From contig JABDFY010000001.1 of the NCBI GenBank assembly GCA_013286365.1, positions 5,860 to 69,859 on the forward strand: DNA of 64,000 nucleotides, in the 5' to 3' direction. This DNA comes from Alphaproteobacteria bacterium (GTDB lineage: Bacteria; Pseudomonadota; Alphaproteobacteria; UBA9219). This document shows positions 30,299-38,790 of the stretch, piece by piece. Each line of letters begins with the position of its first letter. Within the stretch, counting starts at the first letter, position 1. The notes beneath the pieces were generated by a model that did no database searches, had not been told where the DNA came from, and saw nothing but the letters and a program-made list of their open reading frames with translations. The translations under genes were made by a program, and so were the position numbers.

Positions 30299-31654
30299 TT
30301 AATCCTTGTGGTGTATGATGTTCTTTAGTCTGTTGATCAACTCAGTTCTTGGAAGCTCTAGTTGAGATTTTGCCATCAAATCTTTTATGAGGACATTGCC
30401 TTTGGATTGCTCATTCTCGCCGATGATAATGGCGAGTGGAATGCCGGCGCGATCGGCGTATTTTAGCTGCTTATCAAGTTTTGCGGGCTCAAGATAATTT
30501 TCAACATTATATCCGGCATGACGCAACTCTGTGCCTAACGACAAGTAGACGGAACTTAATTGTGGATCTAGTTGCGTGATCAAGATTTGCACGTTGTGCG
30601 GCACTTGCGGCAATAGATTATGCATGTTGAGCTGGTCGTAAAGGCGCGTTAAACCAATTGAAAGTCCAACGCCTGGGAGTTTTGATTTGGTGTAAAGACC
30701 GGCAAGATCATCGTAACGACCGCCGGAGCATACGCTGCCAAATTCCGGGTGAGCATCGATAAAGGTTTCGTAAACCGTGCCGGTATAATAATCGAGGCCG
30801 CGCGCAATGGCGAGATTAAGACGTGTGCGATTCTCGGCAACGCCCAACGCCTTCAGGGATACTACAATCTGCGACAACTCCATTAGTCCTTGCAAGAATA
30901 CGGGGTGTTCGGCTTTTTCTGCCCGTAGAGCCGCGAGCAATTCTTCCTTGCTGCCCGTATGGGTGATTAAACTCAACAGGCGGTCAGCAATTATATCTTT
31001 CAATCCGAGATCAACGAGGGCTTCACGTACCTTGGGACGTCCGATTTTATCGAGCTTGTCGATATCACGCAGAACAAGCTTTTGTTTTTCGGCATCATCA
31101 ATGCCGAAACTTGCTAACAATCCAAGGAGGATTTTGCGGTTGCTGAAATGTATGGTGAATTCGCCGACATTAAGTTCTTCAAATATACGTACGATAATTG
31201 CCGGTAATTCGGCGTCATAAGCCGGATCAAGTTTATCTTTGCCTATGACGTCTATATCGCATTGATAAAATTCTCGGAACCTTCCACGCTGTGCCCGCTC
31301 ACCGCGATAGACACGTTGAATTTGATAGCGTCGGAACGGAAACACCAACTCACGCTCATGTTCGGCGACGTAACGCGCCAAGGGCACCGTCAGATCAAAG
31401 CGTAAAGCAAGATCAGCCTCATGGCCTTGCTGTAAAGAACCGGTCGATTGCACAAAATAGACTTGTTTTTCCGTCTCACCGCCGGATTTAGTCAAAAGGA
31501 CGTCTTTCAGTTCAAAAACCGGTGTCTCTACCGGCACAAAACCGAAGCGCTCAAAGCCACGACGAATAGTATCAAGCATATGCTGAAACACCATTTGCTG
31601 GCGTGGGAGCAATTCGAGCGTTCCTGGGGCTGTTCTGGGTTGAATAATGGTCAT
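30299..31654 (-). CDS. hisS: Histidine--tRNA ligase
   Basis: LRFDLTVPLAR, YRGERAQRGRFREFYQCD, ARGLDYYTG, SGGRYD, anticodon-binding C-terminus. Confidence 0.96.
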   Translation of the reverse strand: MTIIQPRTAPGTLELLPRQQMVFQHMLDTIRRGFERFGFVPVETPVFELKDVLLTKSGGETEKQVYFVQSTGSLQQGHEADLALRFDLTVPLARYVAEHERELVFPFRRYQIQRVYRGERAQRGRFREFYQCDIDVIGKDKLDPAYDAELPAIIVRIFEELNVGEFTIHFSNRKILLGLLASFGIDDAEKQKLVLRDIDKLDKIGRPKVREALVDLGLKDIIADRLLSLITHTGSKEELLAALRAEKAEHPVFLQGLMELSQIVVSLKALGVAENRTRLNLAIARGLDYYTGTVYETFIDAHPEFGSVCSGGRYDDLAGLYTKSKLPGVGLSIGLTRLYDQLNMHNLLPQVPHNVQILITQLDPQLSSVYLSLGTELRHAGYNVENYLEPAKLDKQLKYADRAGIPLAIIIGENEQSKGNVLIKDLMAKSQLELPRTELINRLKNIIHHKD

Positions 31655-31762
31655 GAAGCGAGCTTAAACCTAGCAAGAGTCGATGTCTGCACTTATAACC
31701 AATTGTCATCAGTTTTGCGATATGCTGATCTAGCCTTCCACCTGAATTTTTTGGCAGCCTTG

Positions 31763-32830
31763 ATGTCCGCTAAATCGATCAAAAAACTCACGATCCCACA
31801 GCCAGACGATTGGCATGTACATTTACGTGACGGCGCGATGCTGGCGGCTGTTTTGCCCTATACAGCACGTCATTTTGCCCGGGCAATCGTTATGCCCAAT
31901 TTACAGCCTCCGGTAACGACGACAGCCCGGGCCGAGGTTTACCGCGATCAAATCTTGGCCGCTCTGCCCGAAGGCATCAAATTCTCGCCTCTGATGACGA
32001 TTTATCTCACCGATACCACAGATCCTCACGATCTATCGCGGGGCCATGAGCTGGGCATTGTAACGGCGGCCAAGCTCTATCCGGCTCACGCCACGACCAA
32101 TGCCGAGCATGGCGTAAGGGATGTCAAAAATATCCAATCCGTGCTGGAGAAGATGCAGCGTATGGGTATGCCGCTGCTCGTGCATGGTGAGGTCACTGAT
32201 CCTGACGTGGATGTCTTCGATCGTGAGGCCGTATTTATTGATAAAATCTTGAAGCCATTAAGGAAAGATTACCCAGAACTCAAAATTGTCTTCGAGCATA
32301 TCACGACCTCAGAAGCCGTGGACTATGTCAGCAGTGAGGGCAAAAAAGGGGGTCTGGCGGCTACGATTACGGCACATCATTTGCTGATCAACCGCAATGC
32401 TATGTTCAAAGGCGGCATTCGTCCGCATTATTATTGCTTGCCTGTGGCAAAACGCGAAAGACATCGTCAGGCGTTGATCATGGCCGCAACCTCCGGGGCC
32501 AAAATGTATTTTCTTGGTACAGATTCGGCCCCACATTTTCGTCAAGCAAAAGAAAGCGCTTGTGGCTGCGCTGGGATCTTTACGGCCCCAAGTGCGTTGG
32601 CGCTCTACGCTCAAGTGTTTGAAGACGCTGGAAGCCTTTCAAATTTTGAAGCCTTTGCCAGCCGCAATGGTCCATCGTTCTATGGACTGCCGGTGAACGA
32701 GAAATTGCTTGAGTTAATGAAAATTGACCATTTGAAGGACGATATTAATTCGATTTTAACCGAAAACAGGCAAGAAATAGTACCGTACCGTAATTCTGCG
32801 CCTCTGCGTTGGTGTGTGGCTGAAGTTTAG
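31763..32830 (+). CDS. pyrC: Dihydroorotase (homodimeric type)
   Basis: DDWHVHLRDG, MPNL, KLYPA.ATTN, LVHGE, EHITT, LGTDSAPH; start set at ATG 31763. Confidence 0.95.
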   Translation: MSAKSIKKLTIPQPDDWHVHLRDGAMLAAVLPYTARHFARAIVMPNLQPPVTTTARAEVYRDQILAALPEGIKFSPLMTIYLTDTTDPHDLSRGHELGIVTAAKLYPAHATTNAEHGVRDVKNIQSVLEKMQRMGMPLLVHGEVTDPDVDVFDREAVFIDKILKPLRKDYPELKIVFEHITTSEAVDYVSSEGKKGGLAATITAHHLLINRNAMFKGGIRPHYYCLPVAKRERHRQALIMAATSGAKMYFLGTDSAPHFRQAKESACGCAGIFTAPSALALYAQVFEDAGSLSNFEAFASRNGPSFYGLPVNEKLLELMKIDHLKDDINSILTENRQEIVPYRNSAPLRWCVAEV

Positions 32831-32841
32831 TCTCTCGGGGC

Positions 32842-33867
32842 TTGATGAGTAATCTATCACTTGAAAATCTGCCATTTATTGATCTTTACGTCCGGCTCGA
32901 TCAACCTGATAGGGCGCTGTATCGATCAAATGTAAGAGGCCAAGGCCGCATCAATCAGATTGTGCCGGAAGAATATCAACTCGTGATCGACCGTTTCATG
33001 GCGGGGGTACAGTCTTTACTGAAAGATTTAAATGATGGGGCTATAGATTTTGAAGGCGTGCGTTGCCGCTTGTCGCGCCAACACATGGCCGATGGAACGA
33101 CTTGGGTTTGCGCCCGACGCATTAATACAGTTATTCCCGATTTCAATAAACTGGGCATCATGCCAACAATTTGCACTCATATGCGCAATCTTGGCACGCG
33201 CGACGGTTTGGTCGTTATTTCAGGTGCCACGGGCCACGGCAAAACAACGACAGCTGTCGGGCTTTTAGCAGATTTTCTTCGTACCTACGGTGGAACGGCA
33301 GTCACCATTGAAGATCCGGTTGAATATATGCTCAAAGGCCGACATGGCGATGGTGGGCATTGTTTTCAGGTTGAAGTTAAAAATGACGAAGACTGGGCGG
33401 TCTGTTTGAAGCGAGCCCTGCGCTGGGCCCCACGTTATATCTATGTTGGTGAAATTCGCACGCCAAAGGCGGCTGAGCAACTTTTGCGTGCAGCAGCCAC
33501 CGGACATCTTGTCATAACGACCGTTCATGCCGGCTCGCCGGAAGAAGCGCTGATGGGGATTATTTTTCTAGCGGAACAAGCCATGGGCCCCGGTGTTCAA
33601 AACATCCTAGCTGCTGCCTTAACGGCATTGGTTTATCAGACCATGAAGGAAACGGGTCCGTTCTTGAAATATCTATTTACCGAAGAGAATTCGATGGGTG
33701 ATCCTATTCGTTCGCTTATTCGCGAGAATAAAATCGGTATGATGTCGACATATATAGATCGAATAGCTGCCCGGCTAACCAATCCACAGGCTCAGATAGT
33801 CGTGCCATCGCTGGCAAATCAGCCGCCGCCGGGCGCCGTTGGCGCTAAACCGCCGCCTAAGAAATGA
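32842..33867 (+). CDS. PilT/PilU-like type IV pilus ATPase (paralogue 1)
   Basis: Walker A GATGHGKTTT, Asp box TIEDPVEY, Walker B YVGEIR, His box TGHLVITTVHA, PIRSLIRE. Confidence 0.85.
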   Translation: MMSNLSLENLPFIDLYVRLDQPDRALYRSNVRGQGRINQIVPEEYQLVIDRFMAGVQSLLKDLNDGAIDFEGVRCRLSRQHMADGTTWVCARRINTVIPDFNKLGIMPTICTHMRNLGTRDGLVVISGATGHGKTTTAVGLLADFLRTYGGTAVTIEDPVEYMLKGRHGDGGHCFQVEVKNDEDWAVCLKRALRWAPRYIYVGEIRTPKAAEQLLRAAATGHLVITTVHAGSPEEALMGIIFLAEQAMGPGVQNILAAALTALVYQTMKETGPFLKYLFTEENSMGDPIRSLIRENKIGMMSTYIDRIAARLTNPQAQIVVPSLANQPPPGAVGAKPPPKK

Positions 33868-33883
33868 ACGGGTAGGAAAAATC

Positions 33884-34885
33884 ATGCTTAAAAATGATGG
33901 TCAGAATGTTGGTACAAGACTTCGTGATCTTCCCTTTATGGATTTGTATGTGAGATTGGATCAGCCAGGCACGGCGCGTTACCGCTCACCGGGCCGTGAC
34001 TACACGAACAACTGGTCGCGAGTATTGCCGGAAAAACATCGCGGCGAAGTCCAGATTATCGCCAAACAATTGATTGGGAACATTGAAAATCCCGATTCCT
34101 CCTATGCCTACGACGATATGCGTTTTCGACTTTCCTATCAGCGACTAGCTAACGGGCAAGAGTGGGTCATCTTGCGTCGGATTAACTCGCGCGTGCCTAC
34201 TTTGGAAGAGCTATCAATTGCGCCTCATATGTGTACCTTCTTGCGCAAGCTTGGCCAACGCGATGGCCTCATTCTCATTTCAGGTCCAACCGGACATGGT
34301 AAGACCACAACATCATTTGCACTGCTCGGTGATTATCTACAACGTTTTGGCGGCGTCGGAATTTCGGTCGAAGATCCGGTTGAATACATGCTCGACGGAC
34401 CAGTTGGCGATTATGGCTACTGCTACCAGGTGCAAGTCAATAAGGATGAAGATTGGGCGACGCCGCTAAAACGCGCTTTGCGTTGGACACCACGATACTT
34501 GTTGGTGGGTGAGGTGCGATCGCCGCGTGCTGCCGAGCAGATATTGCGTGCCGCTACGACTGGCCATTTAGTCATCACCACAATCCACGCTGGCTCGGTT
34601 GAAGAAAGTTTCATGGGTCTTATGCATCTTGCCGAGCAAAGTATGGGCTCAGTCGGCGCAAATTTTATGTTAGCCCAAGGCCTAACGGCGGCATGGCACC
34701 AAACTTTGGGTTCGTCGGGTCCATTTTTACGTTACGTTGTGACAGAAGAAAACAACAATGGCGATCCTGTGCGAGCGCTGATCCGAGAAAATCGTGTTGG
34801 TATGATTAATAGCTACATAGATAAGCAAATTGCGCGCATGGAAGTGATGCGTGGTGTCGACCCAGTTAGCGGAAAACGGCGCTAA
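33884..34885 (+). CDS. PilT/PilU-like type IV pilus ATPase (paralogue 2)
   Basis: Walker A GPTGHGKTTT, SVEDPVEY, LVGEVR, TGHLVITTIHA, PVRALIRE; AGGA SD before ATG 33884. Confidence 0.85.
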   Translation: MLKNDGQNVGTRLRDLPFMDLYVRLDQPGTARYRSPGRDYTNNWSRVLPEKHRGEVQIIAKQLIGNIENPDSSYAYDDMRFRLSYQRLANGQEWVILRRINSRVPTLEELSIAPHMCTFLRKLGQRDGLILISGPTGHGKTTTSFALLGDYLQRFGGVGISVEDPVEYMLDGPVGDYGYCYQVQVNKDEDWATPLKRALRWTPRYLLVGEVRSPRAAEQILRAATTGHLVITTIHAGSVEESFMGLMHLAEQSMGSVGANFMLAQGLTAAWHQTLGSSGPFLRYVVTEENNNGDPVRALIRENRVGMINSYIDKQIARMEVMRGVDPVSGKRR

Positions 34886-34900
34886 TTTTTATCGGGTGTT

Positions 34901-35818
34901 TTAAGCGGCCTGGTGCTTGAGCCTATCTGCAATGGCTGCTTTCACCTGTGTAAATAGCACTTCATGGGTTTGTCGCATCGACCAGGGGTCAAGTGAGAAA
35001 AATGAGCGCATTCTCTCGAATGATTTGTTATCCATACCCATCACCTCGAATAAAGCGACGTCGTACGGCAGATACTGTCTGCCCCATTCTTGAGGCGATT
35101 TAAAATAGAGGGCAATTTCAGCCAGCGTTTCTTCGTCAATTAGCTTTTCGGCTCTCGATTGCTCAAAGAACCCCAGATCAATACTATTAAGGGCTACTAC
35201 TTTTGTCCCTCGTGCGTGCAGTTTTTGCACGCCGTTACCGCGACTATTAAAACAAAGCGTGCCAGCATAGTCGAGCTTTGCCTTTTCAAGGGTAGGAAAC
35301 CATAAATCAAAATAGCTCGCGGCATTGTTAATCAAGTCGGCGATATGCAGGGCCTTCTCATGGGGTATTAGCCCTTGCGGGCAATAGGCTGTTTGATTTT
35401 TAAATAAGTACGCATGCTTTATATTTAATTCATCGGCTAAAGGAACCGAGAACAGCCAATCACGTCGCTCGCCACCGGATATAAAGTTGTAACTACCAAC
35501 GGGATAATTTTCTCTGGCCTTCGCCGCCATAGTCTTAATAACTTGCTGATAAACCGAATTAGTTGTTGTGGCATCTAAAATAATTTTGCCCAACGCTTCG
35601 CTGCGGACGCCGGGGTCAGCTAGGCTACCAAGTACTTTGTCGATTTGTTTAAGCAAATCTTTTGCCGTCTCGGCGCCGATGACAAACTCTGTATTGACAT
35701 AAAAAGGTCCGGGTACACCGGCAATGTACCAGAAAACCGGACCTTTTTTCCGGTTCCATATGGACAGCGCATGCGTCTCATGGATAAGTTTTATCAAATC
35801 AGGACTTGAATAGACCAA
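34901..35818 (-). CDS. Atypical orotate phosphoribosyltransferase-like protein
   Basis: FWYIAGVPGPFYVNT (OPRT hood-like), ISGGERRDW, PRPP-loop-like ALHIADLINNAASY; GGGGAG SD before TTG 35818. Confidence 0.6.
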   Translation of the reverse strand: MVYSSPDLIKLIHETHALSIWNRKKGPVFWYIAGVPGPFYVNTEFVIGAETAKDLLKQIDKVLGSLADPGVRSEALGKIILDATTTNSVYQQVIKTMAAKARENYPVGSYNFISGGERRDWLFSVPLADELNIKHAYLFKNQTAYCPQGLIPHEKALHIADLINNAASYFDLWFPTLEKAKLDYAGTLCFNSRGNGVQKLHARGTKVVALNSIDLGFFEQSRAEKLIDEETLAEIALYFKSPQEWGRQYLPYDVALFEVMGMDNKSFERMRSFFSLDPWSMRQTHEVLFTQVKAAIADRLKHQAA

Positions 35819-35915
35819 ATACGTCTCCCCTCGCGGCTTTTGTTTGTGATAACATGGGTGCAACATAATTCAAATCATCTCATCTCATCTCAGCTCAGCT
35901 ATAAATTCACCGAAT

Positions 35916-36878
35916 ATGACTTCACCGAAGAATGCGCAGTCTTCCTTGGTTTATCCACCTCCGCTTAAAGCCGGAGGAACGATCGGTATTGTATCGCCGG
36001 CACGATGGTCAAAGCCCGACTGGCTGGTAAAAGGCAAGGCATTCTTGGAGGCGCGCGGTTATCAGGTAGTGATCCATGCACAAAATTATCTAAAAGATGG
36101 CCAACTGGCTGGTCATGATGCGGCGCGTGCCGAAGCCATAATGGATATGTTCGCTGATGCCACCATTGATGCCATCTTCTGCGCACGCGGCGGCACAGGC
36201 TCGATGCGACTTCTCGATAAACTGGACTACAGGTTTATCAAACAGAACCCCAAACCGTTTGTAGGTTTTTCCGACATTACTGCGTTATTACAAGCGATTT
36301 CCGCTCAGTGCGGATTCGTAACCTTTCACGGACCGATGTTTTGGAATTTTGCTCACGATTATGATGAGCGCATGTCAGAAGATTTATTCCAAATCATCGG
36401 CACGAAGAACGCGAGGGTCAACTTAAAATTTCCTGAAGCCGAAACAGTGCGTGCGGGAACGGCTAAGGCCAGAATTACGGGCGGTAATCTAGCGCTGTTG
36501 CAGAGCCTGGTTGGTACGCCTTACGACTGGTCGGGCAAAGATGTGATACTTTTTATCGAAGATGTTGATGAGGTTCTCTATCGTTTGGATCGCGAGCTTA
36601 ATCATTTGCGACTTGCAGGGAAATTTGAGGGTGTTCGAGCCGTTATAGTCGGTGAGATGGTTGATATTGGTGACGGCGAAACAGGATTTATGCGCGCGGG
36701 CGAACAACCTTATGGCAGCGATTTGAAGCAAATCTTTGTTCGACATTTGCCGCCCGAGGTGCCGATCTGTTTTAATTTTCCCTGCGGCCACGGAAGGTAT
36801 CTTACGACGTTGCCGATCGGTAGTTGTGGTGAATTAACGCTCTCTGACAACGGCGCGGAACTTACAATTATACGTTAA
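35916..36878 (+). CDS. LD-carboxypeptidase, peptidase S66 (LdcA/MccF family)
   Basis: ARGG.G, GFSDIT (Ser), GGNL, FIEDVDE (Glu), GHG (His). Confidence 0.92.
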   Translation: MTSPKNAQSSLVYPPPLKAGGTIGIVSPARWSKPDWLVKGKAFLEARGYQVVIHAQNYLKDGQLAGHDAARAEAIMDMFADATIDAIFCARGGTGSMRLLDKLDYRFIKQNPKPFVGFSDITALLQAISAQCGFVTFHGPMFWNFAHDYDERMSEDLFQIIGTKNARVNLKFPEAETVRAGTAKARITGGNLALLQSLVGTPYDWSGKDVILFIEDVDEVLYRLDRELNHLRLAGKFEGVRAVIVGEMVDIGDGETGFMRAGEQPYGSDLKQIFVRHLPPEVPICFNFPCGHGRYLTTLPIGSCGELTLSDNGAELTIIR

Positions 36879-37773
36879 TGCCTTGTAAAAAATTATCGAT
36901 ATCACGCCAGACCTGAGATAGATAGTCATCCGTTTCACACATCAGATCATGGAGCGCGCCAGGATAAATTTTTTCTGTTGCGCCAGGGATTTCTCTTGTC
37001 CACTTACTAACTTCACGAGAGAGCACTACTCGGTCAGCGCCTGCGTTGAGTACCAGGGTTGGCGTTACAATATTCTTAAGTTGTTTGCGAGTCTTTGTAA
37101 TGGCTTTTACGGCGGCATCTATCCAACTATACGTTACGCCGCCCAAGCTGAATTCAGGTCTGCGAGCGAACCAATCTGGGATAATTCTCAAACGTTCGGG
37201 ATCGTGTGTCAGATAATTATTTTTAAAATGCCATTGTTTGGGACTATAATTGCGTTCGGCGAATGTATAGGCATTACCAAAGCCTAGCCCTAGGGCACAG
37301 CATGATATCACGCGCATCATTCCATATAACCAACTTGGCAACGGTAACGCCAACATAGGCGTCGCTAGTATGGCGGCTTTAACGTCCGGTTTATCGTGCA
37401 GAAGCCACTCGAGTGCTACAAAGGCCCCCATGGAATGCCCAAAAACGATCAGCGGTCGTATGAGTTGCGGCTTTACGATTGAGCGGTAAAACTCATTTAT
37501 ATCGCTGCGATACTCATCGAAGGATCCAATATGGGATTTGTTCTTATTGGCCAGCATGCGCCCAGATCCCCCCTGGCCACGCAAATCAAGGGCCACAACC
37601 TTAAAACCGCGCTTGAGCCAAGCCTCAATAACCTCAAAATCTTTCTCTATGAACTCACGTCGTCCGCCCAAGCAGAGTATGGTACCCCTCGAGGGGATGG
37701 TTGGCTGAAACCAGGCGTAGCGTAAACGCATGCCATCCGGCAGGCAAAAGAATTGTTCCTCAAGATGCGGCAT
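36868..37773 (-). CDS. Alpha/beta hydrolase (lysophospholipase L2-like)
   Basis: GRREFIEK, DLRGQGGS, GHSMG nucleophile, ALHDL. Confidence 0.88.
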   Translation of the reverse strand: MPHLEEQFFCLPDGMRLRYAWFQPTIPSRGTILCLGGRREFIEKDFEVIEAWLKRGFKVVALDLRGQGGSGRMLANKNKSHIGSFDEYRSDINEFYRSIVKPQLIRPLIVFGHSMGAFVALEWLLHDKPDVKAAILATPMLALPLPSWLYGMMRVISCCALGLGFGNAYTFAERNYSPKQWHFKNNYLTHDPERLRIIPDWFARRPEFSLGGVTYSWIDAAVKAITKTRKQLKNIVTPTLVLNAGADRVVLSREVSKWTREIPGATEKIYPGALHDLMCETDDYLSQVWRDIDNFLQGINV

Positions 37774-37827
37774 ATGTTTATCCTGGAGCTAACCTACTCA
37801 CTTTGAGGATAGTATCGGGCTTGACGA

Positions 37828-38742
37828 ATGACCAGTTCAATTCAGGGTTCCGGTAAAGGCGGCGTTTTCGCGCTCGGTAACTTCGATGGCGTTCATCGTG
37901 GCCACCAAGTTGTGATTAGTGCCGCCCTAGATAAAGCTCGCAACATGGGTGTAACGGCTAATGTTTTAACATTTGAGCCTCATCCACGTTCCTTGTTCCA
38001 ACCCAATACGGCGCCATTTAGGCTGACCCCAGCGCAGGTGAAGATACGCTTGTTGCAAGGCCTCGCGATCGCCGAAGTAAATGTCATTCCGTTTACGCCC
38101 ACTTTTTCACAGCTATCCGCATCGGCGTTCGTCGAAGAGATTTTGGTTCACACATATGGCGTGCAACATATTGTTGCTGGGTTTGACTTTGTTTTTGGCT
38201 TTAAGCGGGCTGGAAATATGGAGAATCTACGCAGTTGGCTTTCACCACATAATGTCGGCGTTACAGAGGTTGCTCCTTTTCGCGATGCAGAAGGCGAGAT
38301 TATGTCTTCCTCGCGCGCGCGACAGGCACTTCAAGAAGGTAATTTGCGTGCTGCCGAACATGTGCTTGGTCGGTCTTGGTCAATTGCTGGCATTGTACAA
38401 AAGGGCGCGCAGCGTGGCCGAGAGCTTGGTTTTCCGACCGCCAATATAGGGCTTGGCGACTATTTGAGACCCAAGTTCGGTGTTTATGCCATTTTGGCCG
38501 CGCGCGTCGGCAAGTCTGAAAAATGGCGCGGTGTAGCCAATATTGGCGTTAGGCCGACTGTGGATGGTAAGGAGGAATTGCTCGAGTTTCATTTGTTCGA
38601 TTTTCAAGAAGAGATTTATGGCCAAGAATGGGAGGTGGTTTTGCTCCATTTTCTCCGCCCTGAACGATCATTTTCCGATATAGATGCTTTACGTGCGCAA
38701 ATCATAAGTGATGTTATGGCAGCAAAAGCGATGTTGGCTTGA
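37828..38742 (+). CDS. ribF: Riboflavin kinase / FAD synthetase
   Basis: GNFDGVHRGH, TFEPHP, GRELGFPTAN, LRPE. Confidence 0.96.
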   Translation: MTSSIQGSGKGGVFALGNFDGVHRGHQVVISAALDKARNMGVTANVLTFEPHPRSLFQPNTAPFRLTPAQVKIRLLQGLAIAEVNVIPFTPTFSQLSASAFVEEILVHTYGVQHIVAGFDFVFGFKRAGNMENLRSWLSPHNVGVTEVAPFRDAEGEIMSSSRARQALQEGNLRAAEHVLGRSWSIAGIVQKGAQRGRELGFPTANIGLGDYLRPKFGVYAILAARVGKSEKWRGVANIGVRPTVDGKEELLEFHLFDFQEEIYGQEWEVVLLHFLRPERSFSDIDALRAQIISDVMAAKAMLA

Positions 38743-38790
38743 TTAAAAGACAGCTTTACCGCCGCAAAACCGGCCACTATTCTGCCCCCT

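Noticed and set aside
31448-31762. 105-aa extension of pyrC overlapping hisS head-to-head
   Set aside because: No homology to dihydroorotase; real start at 31763.
32842-34885. ATPase pair as an anti-phage defence or conjugation module
   Set aside because: Motifs are PilT/VirB11-family; no nuclease, relaxase, T4SS or mobile genes adjacent.
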